From Dehalococcoidia bacterium (GTDB taxonomy: Bacteria; Chloroflexota; Dehalococcoidia; Lucifugimonadales; UBA3495), in the NCBI GenBank assembly GCA_012959605.1, contig DUCU01000092.1, positions 7,620 to 71,619 of the forward strand: 64,000 bases of DNA, read 5' to 3'. Position 1 is the first letter of the stretch. Each line of letters starts with the position of its first letter. Made by a program: the position numbers and the translations under genes. Shown one piece after another: positions 53,454 to 62,766 of this stretch. The notes beneath the pieces were generated by a model. That model saw only the letters and a list, made by a program, of their open reading frames with translations, did not search any database and was not told the DNA's origin.

Positions 53454-54404
53454 ATGCAAGTATCAGTAAAAAATCAAAACGGGGATTCACTGGATAGTAT
53501 CGAACTAAACGATGCAGTCTTTGATGTGCCCATGAACCAGTCCCTGGTGCACCAAGCCATGGTTATCTACCAAGGCAACAAGCGCCACGGGACCCACGAC
53601 ACTAAAACGAGGGCAGAAGTCTCTGGTGGTGGTCGCAAACCGTGGACCCAGAAACATACCGGTCGAGCCCGTCAGGGTAGCACCCGGTCTCCACAGTGGC
53701 GTCACGGCGGCGTGGTCTTCGGACCGCACCCACGCAGCTACCGGGCCGCGTTGCCCAAGCGCATGAAAAGACAGGCTCTGCGCTGCATGCTGTCTGAGAA
53801 GGCCAGAGGCGATCGATTGTTCTGCCTAGACTCCACCAGCACAATCGACGGCAAGACAAAATCGATGACCCAATTGTTGACCAACCTGTCAGTTGCCACT
53901 TCGGCTTTGATCGTGACCCTAGGCACTGATCGAGATGTTGTCTTGGCGGCCAACAACATCCAAAAAATCTGGACTCTTCCTGTGAGCCAACTAAATGCGC
54001 AGGAACTCCTGTCTAGAGACATGGTGATAATGACAGTGGAAGCTGCCCGGTGGGTTGAAGAGACATTGTCCTCTGAACCTCACGGACGGCGTGGTCTAAA
54101 GATAACCGGCGGAGTTGCTGTTGCAGACGCCCCGGTTGCAGAAGAAGTAGCGGTAGCTGAACCGGTGGTTGAAGAGCCAGCCGTAGAAGAAGAAGCGCCC
54201 AAGCCTCGTCGTCGACGAGCAGCCGCAGCGACGCCAGATGCCCCGGTCACAGATGTCGCTGCCACGGACGCTCCTGTGGATGAAGAAACTCCCAAGCCCA
54301 GGACCAGACGACGCCGGACCACGGCCAGCACGACTGAAGAGACTACACCAGAAGCGTCAGCTTCTGACAGCACAGAAGAAACCACTCCGGAGGAGGAGGC
54401 TTAA
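53454..54404 (+). CDS. rplD: 50S ribosomal protein L4 with ~110-aa C-terminal low-complexity extension
   Basis: The canonical L4 core runs to ~res 205 ('...EAARWVEETL'). An A/P/E/T-rich tail with two 'PKPR(R/T)RRR' boxes follows. The stop abuts the rplW ATG. Confidence 0.9.
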   Translation: MQVSVKNQNGDSLDSIELNDAVFDVPMNQSLVHQAMVIYQGNKRHGTHDTKTRAEVSGGGRKPWTQKHTGRARQGSTRSPQWRHGGVVFGPHPRSYRAALPKRMKRQALRCMLSEKARGDRLFCLDSTSTIDGKTKSMTQLLTNLSVATSALIVTLGTDRDVVLAANNIQKIWTLPVSQLNAQELLSRDMVIMTVEAARWVEETLSSEPHGRRGLKITGGVAVADAPVAEEVAVAEPVVEEPAVEEEAPKPRRRRAAAATPDAPVTDVAATDAPVDEETPKPRTRRRRTTASTTEETTPEASASDSTEETTPEEEA

Positions 54405-54689
54405 ATGGATATCCATCAAGTTCTGATTAAGCCGACCATCACGGAGAAGAGCACTCTTTTGCAAGAGTCTGGAAAGTACACTTTCCACATTGCTCCCAGA
54501 GCCAATAAGATAGAAGTTAAACAGGCTGTTGAGTCAAACTTCAATGTAACTGTGCTTGATGTGAACATCACCAAGCTACGCGGTAAAATGAAGCGTTACG
54601 GCCCCCGTATTAAAAAGCAACCAGACACGAAAAAAGCGGTCGTAACGCTTAAGCAAGGCGACCGTATTAACCTGATCGAAGGTCTGTAG
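54405..54689 (+). CDS. rplW: 50S ribosomal protein L23
   Basis: 'VLIKPTITEKS' is canonical. Confidence 0.95.
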   Translation: MDIHQVLIKPTITEKSTLLQESGKYTFHIAPRANKIEVKQAVESNFNVTVLDVNITKLRGKMKRYGPRIKKQPDTKKAVVTLKQGDRINLIEGL

Positions 54690-54699
54690 ATAACTACCC

Positions 54700-55533
54700 A
54701 TGCCATTAAAGAATCTAAAACCAAGGACACCGGGAACCCGGAACGCGGTTGTTGCCTCCTTTGAGGAGATAACAACTCAAAAGCCGGAGAAATCTCTGAT
54801 TGAAGCCAAGCAGAGACACGGTGGCCGGAATAACCGGGGCAGAATCACCTCATACCATCGAGGTGGCGGATCCAAGAAGATGTACCGCTTGGTCGACTTT
54901 AAGCGAGTCAAAGACGACGTGCCAGGCAAGGTAAAGTCCATTGAGTACGATCCGAACCGGACCACGCGTATCGCCTTGATATATTACGTCGATGGCGAAA
55001 AGAGCTACATCTTGGCACCCCACGGTTTGGAAGTTGGTGCTATGGTCCAGTCCGGTGCAGACGCTGAGATTAGCTTGGGTAACTGCCTACCATTGATCAA
55101 CATTCCCCAGGGAACGATTGTCCACAACCTGGAATTGACACCGGGGCGGGGCGGCCAGATGGTCCGCGGAGCCGGAACCGGCGCTCAGGTGCTGTCTAGA
55201 GAGGGCGAGTACGTATTGATTCGTCTACCTTCTGGAGAGATGCGCCGAATATTACTTAGCTGTCGAGCCAGTGTTGGCCAATTGTCCAACCCTGACCATA
55301 AGAATGAAAGCCTTGGTAAAGCGGGTGCATCCCGTCACCGAGGTCGTCGCCCGAAGGTTCGCGGTGTGGCCATGAACCCTGTAGACCACCCTCATGGTGG
55401 TGGCGAAGGTCGCTCTCCGATTGGTATGCCGGGTCCCAAGTCGCCCTGGGGTATGCCAACTTTGGGTTACAAGACACGACGCAAGAAGAAGGCGTCGAGC
55501 AAATTTATCATGCGCAGAACTAGGAGACGCTAG
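54700..55533 (+). CDS. rplB: 50S ribosomal protein L2
   Basis: 'GRNN.GRIT..HRGGG.K' and '[13 protein letters not shown]' are present. Confidence 0.95.
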   Translation: MPLKNLKPRTPGTRNAVVASFEEITTQKPEKSLIEAKQRHGGRNNRGRITSYHRGGGSKKMYRLVDFKRVKDDVPGKVKSIEYDPNRTTRIALIYYVDGEKSYILAPHGLEVGAMVQSGADAEISLGNCLPLINIPQGTIVHNLELTPGRGGQMVRGAGTGAQVLSREGEYVLIRLPSGEMRRILLSCRASVGQLSNPDHKNESLGKAGASRHRGRRPKVRGVAMNPVDHPHGGGEGRSPIGMPGPKSPWGMPTLGYKTRRKKKASSKFIMRRTRRR

Positions 55534-55534
55534 T

Positions 55535-55819
55535 ATGTCCCGATCGATAAAAAAGGGACCATACGTACATCCCAAACTTATGAAACACGTGGAAGCCGTT
55601 CAACGGTCTGGGGCCAATACGGTCATCAAGACTTGGGCTCGCGCCTCCATGATTATGCCTGAGATGGTCGGATTGACCATTGGGGTGCACGACGGTCGTC
55701 GGCACGTGCCGGTGTTTGTTACAGAAAACATGGTCGGCCACCGGTTGGGTGAGTTCTCTCCCACCAGAACCTACCGTGGTCATATCTCAAAGTCCGAACG
55801 AACAAGTCGGGTGAGGTAA
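55535..55819 (+). CDS. rpsS: 30S ribosomal protein S19
   Basis: '[11 protein letters not shown]' at ATG 55535. The track ORF begins earlier inside rplB. Confidence 0.95.
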   Translation: MSRSIKKGPYVHPKLMKHVEAVQRSGANTVIKTWARASMIMPEMVGLTIGVHDGRRHVPVFVTENMVGHRLGEFSPTRTYRGHISKSERTSRVR

Positions 55820-55822
55820 CAA

Positions 55823-56170
55823 ATGCCACCCGTAAGAGCAGTAGCAAAATCACTGGGCACCTCCCACAAGAGGCTCAAGCCCATCATAGATTTGGTCAGA
55901 GGCCAGAGGGTTAAATCGGCGCTTGATACACTGAGTCTGTTGCCTTCGCCTTGGGCTAAAACTATCGCTAAGGTTGTTGCATCTGCGGCAGCCAACGCTG
56001 AGAACAACATGGCAATGAACCGGGACAACCTCCGGATTACCAGGATCTCAGCCGATAACGCAAAATCACTGAAACGATTCCGGCCCCGAGCTAGAGGCAG
56101 GATCGGCCCGATTATCAAGCGTTCAAGCCACGTCATTGTGGAAGTGGACGAAGACGAGAGTAGGAGCTAG
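55823..56170 (+). CDS. rplV: 50S ribosomal protein L22
   Basis: Operon position, and the 'SPWAKTIAKVV.SA.ANAENN' region is typical of L22. Confidence 0.9.
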   Translation: MPPVRAVAKSLGTSHKRLKPIIDLVRGQRVKSALDTLSLLPSPWAKTIAKVVASAAANAENNMAMNRDNLRITRISADNAKSLKRFRPRARGRIGPIIKRSSHVIVEVDEDESRS

Positions 56171-56172
56171 GA

Positions 56173-56916
56173 ATGGGGCACAAAACCCACCCTTACGGTT
56201 TCCGTCTGGGAATCATCAAAGACTGGAAAGCCCATTGGTTCGCGCCCAATGGCAGCTCATACCGCAACCTGGTAAAACAGGACCTGCGTTTGCGAGAAAG
56301 TATTAAGAATGAGTACAAAACGTTCTCCGACGCGGGTATTGCCCGAGTTGAGATTGACCGTGGTGCTCAAGACAGTGTGATTAATATTCACTCAGCACGC
56401 CCCGGCATATTGATTGGGCGTGACGGTGAGCGGGTCAAGAACTTGCGCGCCAAACTTGAATCGATCACTGAGAGCAGAATACAACTCAATATCATTGAGA
56501 TTGAACAACCAGAGACCAACGCCTATCTGGTATCCCGGAACGTGGCCGATCAACTGGAACGTAGGGTTGCCTATCGGCGAGCCATGCGGCAGGCAGCGCA
56601 GCGATGCATGCAAGCCGGCGCAGAGGGCGTCAAGATAATCATCAAGGGGCGGATTACCGGCTCTGAAATTGCCCGCGTTGAAAAGCTCATGATGGGACGA
56701 GTTCCCCTGCACACACTGCGGGCAGACATTGACTACTCCCTGGCGGAGGCCCACACAGTCATGGGACAGGTCGGCGTTAAGACCTGGGTCTATCACGGCG
56801 AGATTCTACCTCCTCAATTGGAAATTGTTGAGGAATTAGACAACATTGAAGTAACAGTTCAGGCCGAAGACATCGATCAAGCGCTCGAGGCAGTCGACCT
56901 GGAAAACCCCGAATAG
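56173..56916 (+). CDS. rpsC: 30S ribosomal protein S3
   Basis: 'MGHKTHPYGFRLGI' is canonical. Confidence 0.95.
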   Translation: MGHKTHPYGFRLGIIKDWKAHWFAPNGSSYRNLVKQDLRLRESIKNEYKTFSDAGIARVEIDRGAQDSVINIHSARPGILIGRDGERVKNLRAKLESITESRIQLNIIEIEQPETNAYLVSRNVADQLERRVAYRRAMRQAAQRCMQAGAEGVKIIIKGRITGSEIARVEKLMMGRVPLHTLRADIDYSLAEAHTVMGQVGVKTWVYHGEILPPQLEIVEELDNIEVTVQAEDIDQALEAVDLENPE

Positions 56917-56937
56917 GGAACGGACTAGGAGCCACCC

Positions 56938-57378
56938 ATGCTGCAGCCCAAGCGAACAAAATTTAGAAAGCATTTCCGAGGAAAGATGCGGGGAACCGCT
57001 ACCACCGGAAACACGGTTTCTTTTGGGGAGATTGGCCTTAAGGCCATGGAAGCCCACTGGATAACCGCACGCCAGATCGAAGCTGCCCGTGTTGCCGTAA
57101 CCAGGCACCTAAAGCGCGGCGGACAGGTTTGGGTCCGGATTTTCCCGGACAAATCAGTCAGCAAGAAACCTGCTGAGACCCGCATGGGCGGCGGAAAAGC
57201 CGCAGGTGATTACTGGGTAGCAGTGGTAAAGCCCGGACGGATCATGTTCGAGGTGGCCGGTGTGCCCCACGATGAAGCAGTCCAGGCTCTAAAGTTGGCG
57301 TCCCGTAAATTGCCCATTCCTACCAAGACGGTAGTAAGAGATAGACTGGCCGCAGCAGTGGCCAACGGCTTGGCTTAA
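56938..57378 (+). CDS. rplP: 50S ribosomal protein L16
   Basis: '[18 protein letters not shown]' is canonical. Confidence 0.95.
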   Translation: MLQPKRTKFRKHFRGKMRGTATTGNTVSFGEIGLKAMEAHWITARQIEAARVAVTRHLKRGGQVWVRIFPDKSVSKKPAETRMGGGKAAGDYWVAVVKPGRIMFEVAGVPHDEAVQALKLASRKLPIPTKTVVRDRLAAAVANGLA

Positions 57379-57380
57379 TT

Positions 57381-57581
57381 ATGCGTGTTCATGAAGTAAG
57401 AGAACTCAGCAACGACCAGTTGTACGAGGAGTTGGAAAAATCGGCCAAGGAGCTGATGAACCTAAGGTTCAGTGCAGCAACTAACCAGTTGACCAACACC
57501 AACGAACCCAGCTCGGTGAAAAAGACTATAGCCAGGCTCCGGACAGTAATCAGAGAACGGCAAATTCAGGAGGCTGGTTAG
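57381..57581 (+). CDS. rpmC: 50S ribosomal protein L29
   Basis: 66 aa with 'EL..LRF' and 'QL.N......K..IAR..T' patterns, in operon position. Confidence 0.9.
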   Translation: MRVHEVRELSNDQLYEELEKSAKELMNLRFSAATNQLTNTNEPSSVKKTIARLRTVIRERQIQEAG

Positions 57582-58171
57582 TGGCAAGATCCATGCGCAA
57601 GGTCCGCGTCGGCGCAGTAGTGCGGACCAACCAAGACAAAACTGCCATCGTTGAGATGGTTTGGAAGCAACGCCACCGGTTGTACCGGAAACAGATGCGT
57701 CGCGTGGCAAGGTTCTACGTACACGACCCGTTGAACCAATGTCAGCCGGGCGACACCGTCCGCATTGAAGAGACCAGGCGTATATCTAAGAACAAGCACT
57801 GGCGCCTCATGGCTATACTCGAGCGCAAGCTCGTTGCAGACGTCCGTCCCATTGATTTGGAGACCGACGTAGGCCAAGAGATTACCCAGCCCCGCATCTT
57901 AGCCGCAGAAGCCCGAGCGGAAGCCGCAGTTGCCGATGCAGTAGAAGAAACAGCGGATACAACCGAAGAACCCGAAACCGAAGCTCCTGAAGAAGCTCCT
58001 GAAGAATCTATAGAAGAAACAGCGGATACAACCGAAGAACCCGAAACCGAAGCTCCTGAAGAATCTATAGAAGAAACAACCGAAGAACCGGAAGCTGAGG
58101 AGCCCGAAGGCGAAGACGACCAAGAGTCTGAAGGCGCCGACGAGCCGGATGAACAGGAAGAAAAGGAATGA
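57581..58171 (+). CDS. rpsQ: 30S ribosomal protein S17 with ~110-aa acidic C-terminal extension
   Basis: GTG start overlapping the rpmC stop. The S17 core covers ~84 aa ('KVRVGAVV...K.AIV......H.LY.K......F.VHD......GD.V.I.ETRP/R.SK.K.W'). An E/T/P-rich tail follows. The stop overlaps the rplN ATG (ATGA). Confidence 0.9.
   Translation: MARSMRKVRVGAVVRTNQDKTAIVEMVWKQRHRLYRKQMRRVARFYVHDPLNQCQPGDTVRIEETRRISKNKHWRLMAILERKLVADVRPIDLETDVGQEITQPRILAAEARAEAAVADAVEETADTTEEPETEAPEEAPEESIEETADTTEEPETEAPEESIEETTEEPEAEEPEGEDDQESEGADEPDEQEEKE
57942..58089 (+). repeat. In-frame tandem repeat inside the rpsQ extension
   Basis: The unit tagaagaaacagcggatacaaccgaagaacccgaaaccgaagctcctgaagaa starts at 57942 and again at 58011, with a truncated third copy at 58068. 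It encodes (I/V)[17 protein letters not shown] repeats. Confidence 0.85.
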
Positions 58172-58536
58172 TCCAGACCTATACCCGGCTGAGGGTAGCT
58201 GACAATAGTGGGGCCAAATTGATTCGCCTCATTAACATACCCGGCAGCGGCAAACGGAAATACGCTCACGTTGGCGACATTATCGTCTGCAACGTAAGAG
58301 AAGCAGCGCCCAATTCTCCAGTACGAAAGGGAGAAATCGTGAAAGCTGTGGTCATACGCCAGGCCCAAGGACGTCGTCGCCCGGATGGCACCTATATCAA
58401 GTTTGATGACAATGCCGCCGTGCTGATTGGGGATGACCAACTTCCCAGAGGCACGCGCATATTTGGCCCGGTAGCTCGTGAACTGAGAGACCGCGGATTC
58501 ATGCGGATCGTCTCTCTTGCGCCAGAGGTCGTCTAA
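58168..58536 (+). CDS. rplN: 50S ribosomal protein L14
   Basis: '[17 protein letters not shown]' is canonical. Confidence 0.95.
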   Translation: MIQTYTRLRVADNSGAKLIRLINIPGSGKRKYAHVGDIIVCNVREAAPNSPVRKGEIVKAVVIRQAQGRRRPDGTYIKFDDNAAVLIGDDQLPRGTRIFGPVARELRDRGFMRIVSLAPEVV

Positions 58537-58856
58537 TGCGGATCCGTACAGGCGATAACGTGCTGGTGATAGCCGGCAAAGAAAAAGGCAAGACCGGTCG
58601 AGTTGAGCGCCGCTTCCCCGAACAAGATCGGGTGATAGTAGAAGGTGTGAACATGGTAACTCGGCACATGAAGGCCCGCCCGGGCGTTAGTCAATCGGGA
58701 CGGATTCAGAAAGAGGCCTCTATCCACGCGTCCAATGTATTATTGATTTGTAACAAATGTAACCAGCCGACCAAGCCCAAGAACACGTTCTTGGACACAG
58801 GCTCGCGAGTTCGCACTTGTACCAAATGCCAGGAAGTTATCGACGATGCTCGATGA
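58536..58856 (+). CDS. rplX: 50S ribosomal protein L24
   Basis: KOW motif '[18 protein letters not shown]'. The C-terminal part carries CxxC...CxxC. Confidence 0.9.
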   Translation: MRIRTGDNVLVIAGKEKGKTGRVERRFPEQDRVIVEGVNMVTRHMKARPGVSQSGRIQKEASIHASNVLLICNKCNQPTKPKNTFLDTGSRVRTCTKCQEVIDDAR

Positions 58857-59634
58857 AGAAACACAACAGCCTGAAGACCTGAACGAGGCTGAAGAAACAA
58901 CTGAAGAGACTTTGGAAGAAGCCGCTGGAAATGCTGATGCTGCGGAAGCGACATCTGAAGACGGCGGCGAAGAGGCTGCGGAGCAACCGACCGAGGGTCG
59001 ACAGCGCCGTGATCGTGCAACTGCCCGTGTGGGCAGAAGCGGTGATGTTGTCCTTGAGGCACCGACCGAACTCCCGCCTTCACCCCGTCTCTATGAGCAG
59101 TTTAAGAACGAAATAATTCCCGCAATGGTGCGGGAGTTCAACTACAGTAACCCGATGGAAGTCCCGCGGTTGCAGAAGATAGTGTTGAACATTGGCGTGG
59201 GCGAAGCCCTAACCAATGGACGCGCAATCGAAGCCGCCACCAGGGACTTGACGATTATTAGCGGTCAAAAGCCGGTTGTAACGTTGGCCCGAAAATCCAT
59301 CGCTGGATTCAAGCTGAGAGAGGGTAATCCCATCGGGACAGCGGTTACCCTACGTGGACCCCGGATGTACCATTTCTTGGATCGTCTGGTGAACACCGCT
59401 CTCCCTCGTATCCGTGACTTCCGTGGCCTGGCCAGGCGTGGATTGGACGGACGAGGCAACTACACCATCGGTATCCGGGAGCAGATTATCTTCCCGGAGA
59501 TTGATTATAATGACATCGATAAAATTCGCGGTCTGCAGGTGACAATCGCCACCACAGCCAAGAATGATGTAGAGGCCATACGCCTCTTGGAAATGTACGG
59601 AATGCCCTTTATAAAAGACACGGTTGAGGCCTAG
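58846..59634 (+). CDS. rplE: 50S ribosomal protein L5 with ~80-aa acidic N-terminal extension
   Basis: The canonical L5 core starts at '[42 protein letters not shown]'. The only ATG is 58846, overlapping the rplX end. An alternative in-frame GTG lies ~16 codons before the core but lacks an SD. Confidence 0.8.
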   Translation: MLDEETQQPEDLNEAEETTEETLEEAAGNADAAEATSEDGGEEAAEQPTEGRQRRDRATARVGRSGDVVLEAPTELPPSPRLYEQFKNEIIPAMVREFNYSNPMEVPRLQKIVLNIGVGEALTNGRAIEAATRDLTIISGQKPVVTLARKSIAGFKLREGNPIGTAVTLRGPRMYHFLDRLVNTALPRIRDFRGLARRGLDGRGNYTIGIREQIIFPEIDYNDIDKIRGLQVTIATTAKNDVEAIRLLEMYGMPFIKDTVEA

Positions 59635-59644
59635 GGAGGCATCT

Positions 59645-59830
59645 TTGGCAAAGACATCAATGGTCCAAAAATGGCTTAAAGAGCCAAAATTCCCGGTTCG
59701 GGCCTACAACCGGTGTAATCGATGCTTCCGTCCGCGAGCCTACATCAGACACGCTGGACTCTGTCGCATATGTTTCCGGGAGATGGCCCTTAACGGGGAA
59801 CTCCCCGGCGTTCGCAAGGCCAGTTTATAG
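59645..59830 (+). CDS. rpsZ: 30S ribosomal protein S14 type Z (zinc-ribbon form)
   Basis: TTG at 59645 behind a GGGAGG SD gives 'MAKTSMVQK...CNRC...CRICFRE', 61 aa. Confidence 0.9.
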   Translation: MAKTSMVQKWLKEPKFPVRAYNRCNRCFRPRAYIRHAGLCRICFREMALNGELPGVRKASL

Positions 59831-59903
59831 CCTGGCGTTCACTATCACAGCAAAATTAAATCAAAGTACTTAACTTCAAGCGGAGAGGGGAGAAAGACCT
59901 AAA

Positions 59904-60302
59904 ATGCCGGTAACCGATCCATTGGCAGACATGCTGACCAGAATTCGTAACGCAATACAAGTGCGTCATGATTCTGTCTCTCTTCCCCATTCCAAACTGA
60001 AGCTGGCCGTAGCCAAAATTCTTAAGGAAGAGGGTTTCATCCGGGATTTTGACATCCCCCGTGGAACCACCCATCCCATGATTCGAATCCATCTCACCTA
60101 CCGTGAAGGAAGACAATCAGCGATTGTTGGCCTCAAGCGGGTGAGCAAACCCGGATTGCGGGTTTACGTTGGCAAGGGCGAAATTCCGCGGGTTTACGGC
60201 GGAATCGGCCTGGCTATCGTATCAACCTCCAAAGGCGTTATGGCTGGGCGTAAAGCTTGGCGTGAAGGCGTCGGCGGAGAACTACTCTGCTTTGTCTGGT
60301 AA
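59904..60302 (+). CDS. rpsH: 30S ribosomal protein S8
   Basis: '[13 protein letters not shown]' is canonical. Confidence 0.95.
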   Translation: MPVTDPLADMLTRIRNAIQVRHDSVSLPHSKLKLAVAKILKEEGFIRDFDIPRGTTHPMIRIHLTYREGRQSAIVGLKRVSKPGLRVYVGKGEIPRVYGGIGLAIVSTSKGVMAGRKAWREGVGGELLCFVW

Positions 60303-60309
60303 TCCTCTT

Positions 60310-60885
60310 ATGAATGAAATTAAACAAGAAAAAACACTCTCCCGTATTGGCCGCAAGCCCATACCGTTTCCTGACTCGGTAAAGGTTGAAGTCCTGTACG
60401 GCGGGGTCAAAGTCACCGGCCCTAAAGGCACCATGGAACAGAAGTACCACCCAGAAGTGGTGGTCACGGTTGAAGAAGGTCAGGTTTTGGTGGAGCGGCA
60501 GTCAGCCAACAAATTCCATCATTCCCTGCACGGTCTCACCAGGAGCCTGATTGCCAATGCTATAGAAGGTGTTTCTGAGGGATTCACCAAGTCTCTAGAC
60601 ATCATGGGCGTTGGTTACCGTTGCGCTGAAGCTGGAAAGGGCGTTGTCCTGAACGTGGGCTACAGCCACCCAGTGGAGATTCATCCAGATGGCGACGACG
60701 TGACCATTGAAGTTGAAAGTGCCAGCAAAATTCATGTCCGCGGCATCGACAAACAAAAAGTCGGCCAAGTAGCTGCACGGATAAGAAGGGTTCGCCCACC
60801 CAACGCCTACAAAGAAAAGGGCATCAAGTACTCTGAAGAAGTACTTCACTTTAAACCCGGGAAGGCGGCGGCAAGAAAGGCTTAA
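60310..60885 (+). CDS. rplF: 50S ribosomal protein L6
   Basis: '[17 protein letters not shown]' is canonical. I chose ATG 60310, because the track ORF starts inside rpsH. Confidence 0.9.
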   Translation: MNEIKQEKTLSRIGRKPIPFPDSVKVEVLYGGVKVTGPKGTMEQKYHPEVVVTVEEGQVLVERQSANKFHHSLHGLTRSLIANAIEGVSEGFTKSLDIMGVGYRCAEAGKGVVLNVGYSHPVEIHPDGDDVTIEVESASKIHVRGIDKQKVGQVAARIRRVRPPNAYKEKGIKYSEEVLHFKPGKAAARKA

Positions 60886-60922
60886 CAGCTTTCTGAACTG
60901 CCCCGCTCTAAAAAGATTAATC

Positions 60923-61291
60923 ATGCCTAAAGATAAGAACGCTAAACACCTCAGAACGGTACGGCACATTCGCTTACGGAAGAAGGTTACCGGTACGCCG
61001 GACCGTCCCAGGCTGGCCGTATTTCGTAGTCTGCGCCATATATACGCACAGGTAATTGATGACACGACTGGCCGTACGTTAGCGTCGGCCTCAAGCGACG
61101 ATGCTATCAAAGAAGCCGGCGGACCCATCACTCCCAAGACCACTCTCTCCACCGCGGTGGGGAAACTGGTGGCGGAGCGGGCCAAGGCTGAAGGCATCAC
61201 TCAAGTAGTATTCGACCGGGGTGGTTGTAAATACCACGGTCGGGTCAAAGCTCTGGCTGAAGCAACTCGCGAAGCCGGACTGGTATTCTAA
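60923..61291 (+). CDS. rplR: 50S ribosomal protein L18
   Basis: '[18 protein letters not shown]' and '[15 protein letters not shown]' are present. Confidence 0.95.
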   Translation: MPKDKNAKHLRTVRHIRLRKKVTGTPDRPRLAVFRSLRHIYAQVIDDTTGRTLASASSDDAIKEAGGPITPKTTLSTAVGKLVAERAKAEGITQVVFDRGGCKYHGRVKALAEATREAGLVF

Positions 61292-61335
61292 GAATAGGTT
61301 ATTAAACCGCATAGACTGGGAGGTCTAACCCGCTT

Positions 61336-61920
61336 ATGGTCCAAGCGCCTAATAGGTCCTTCAACGATCGAGACCGTGGTCGAGGACGAGACGAAGATAC
61401 TGGTGGCTTTTCTGAAAGAGTCGTCTACACTCGCCGAATTTCAAAAGTAGTGAAGGGAGGCCGTCGCCTCCGATTCAACGCATTGGTCGTTGTGGGAGAC
61501 GGACAGGGCGAAGTGGGTGTTGGCCTAGGCAAAGCTCTGGTCATACCAGACGCGGTCAGAAAAGGCAATGCAGTTGCCAGACGTGATACCGTAAAGATCC
61601 CTCTGCGCGGGAACACCATTCCCCAGAAGATCACCGTTAAAAAGGGCGCCACCATTGTAATGATCAAGCCGGCCCGTGAGGGTACCGGAGTGATTGCCGC
61701 TGGCGCCATGCGAGCCATTTTGGAACTGGGCGGCGTCAAAGACGTGGTCGGGAAGTCCCTGGGTTCCAGGAACCCGATCAACATTGTCTACGCCACCATT
61801 GAAGCGCTACGGCAATTGCGGGACCCGGACATTGAACTAGCCCGCAGATTGGGTCGGCCAATGCCAAATGCAGCCCAAGAAGTAATCACTGTCCCTGTAA
61901 CTGAGACGGATACCCCTTAA
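61336..61920 (+). CDS. rpsE: 30S ribosomal protein S5
   Basis: 'RRISKVVKGGRR.RF.ALVVVGD' is canonical. Confidence 0.95.
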   Translation: MVQAPNRSFNDRDRGRGRDEDTGGFSERVVYTRRISKVVKGGRRLRFNALVVVGDGQGEVGVGLGKALVIPDAVRKGNAVARRDTVKIPLRGNTIPQKITVKKGATIVMIKPAREGTGVIAAGAMRAILELGGVKDVVGKSLGSRNPINIVYATIEALRQLRDPDIELARRLGRPMPNAAQEVITVPVTETDTP

Positions 61921-61968
61921 GGGAGAATATAGGCCGAACCCCCTAAACGGACAAACGGTCGAACGATT

Positions 61969-62148
61969 ATGGCGGAATTAAAAATCACCTGGGTAAAGAG
62001 CACGATAGGGAAACCGGGGAACCAACACAGGATTATCAAGTCGTTGGGCCTTCACCGGTTGAATCATACCGTGGTGCACCAGGACTCACCGACCATTCGC
62101 GGGATGATTAACAAAGTTAGTCACCTGGTGAAGCTGGAAATAGCTTAA
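61969..62148 (+). CDS. rpmD: 50S ribosomal protein L30
   Basis: 59-aa ORF below the track cutoff: MAELKITWVKSTIGKPGNQHRIIKSLGLHRLNHTVVHQDSPTIRGMINKVSHLVKLEIA. It has the canonical L30 pattern and operon position. Confidence 0.85.
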   Translation: MAELKITWVKSTIGKPGNQHRIIKSLGLHRLNHTVVHQDSPTIRGMINKVSHLVKLEIA

Positions 62149-62316
62149 ATAACTGTCTTTTAAGATAGTTTTAGGGAATAAACCCTGGTCTACGAGTTAT
62201 GACCCGGTCCACCTGGCCGCTAAACCGGTTTTTCAGCAGCTCTTAAACGGTTTACCCACGGCCCACAATGCATCTAAAATCAATCTACACGGCGTAAGGG
62301 AATAAGAGGCACGCCC

Positions 62317-62766
62317 ATGATGGAACATCAACTGGCCCCTAGCAAGGGAGCCAGAAAAAATAGGAAACGAATCGGTCGCGGTGACGCTGCCGGTCAAGGA
62401 AGCACCGCAGGTCGGGGCATGAAGGGACAGAAATCCCGCTCCGGTGGTGGAGTATCCCCGTGGTTTGAGGGCGGTCAGAACCCGTTAATCAAGGGTTTGC
62501 CGATGAAACGCGGCTTCCACAACCCCTTTAAGACTTACTACTCTCTGGTCAAAATTGAGACACTGGAAACTTTTGACGCAGGCGAGCGAATCACTCCAGA
62601 ACTCCTTCTGGAGAAAGGCTTCTTGCGCAATCTCAATCTGCCGGTAAAAATTGTCGGTGATGGAGAGATCAGCAAGGCATTAACTGTGGTGGCTGCCAAG
62701 TTCACCCGAACTGCCAAAGAGAAGATTGAAGCAGCAAAAGGAACGGCGGAGGAAACAGCGGCGTAA
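62317..62766 (+). CDS. rplO: 50S ribosomal protein L15
   Basis: 'RKRIGRG...G.T.GRG.KGQK.R.G' is canonical. Confidence 0.95.
   Translation: MMEHQLAPSKGARKNRKRIGRGDAAGQGSTAGRGMKGQKSRSGGGVSPWFEGGQNPLIKGLPMKRGFHNPFKTYYSLVKIETLETFDAGERITPELLLEKGFLRNLNLPVKIVGDGEISKALTVVAAKFTRTAKEKIEAAKGTAEETAA

Noticed and set aside
57942-58089. CRISPR-like regular repeats
   Set aside because: The repeats are directly tandem without unique spacers. They are in frame and inside the rpsQ coding sequence, so this is a coding tandem repeat, not a CRISPR array.
57742-58440. 232-aa minus-strand ORF, and other long antisense ORFs such as 8410..8889, 31526..32260, 18749..19387 and 60595..61200
   Set aside because: These are shadow ORFs opposite well-supported genes (rpsQ/rplN, NfeD, hisZ, Gfo/Idh/MocA, rplF/rplR). 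They have low-complexity or repeat-mirroring composition and no family resemblance.
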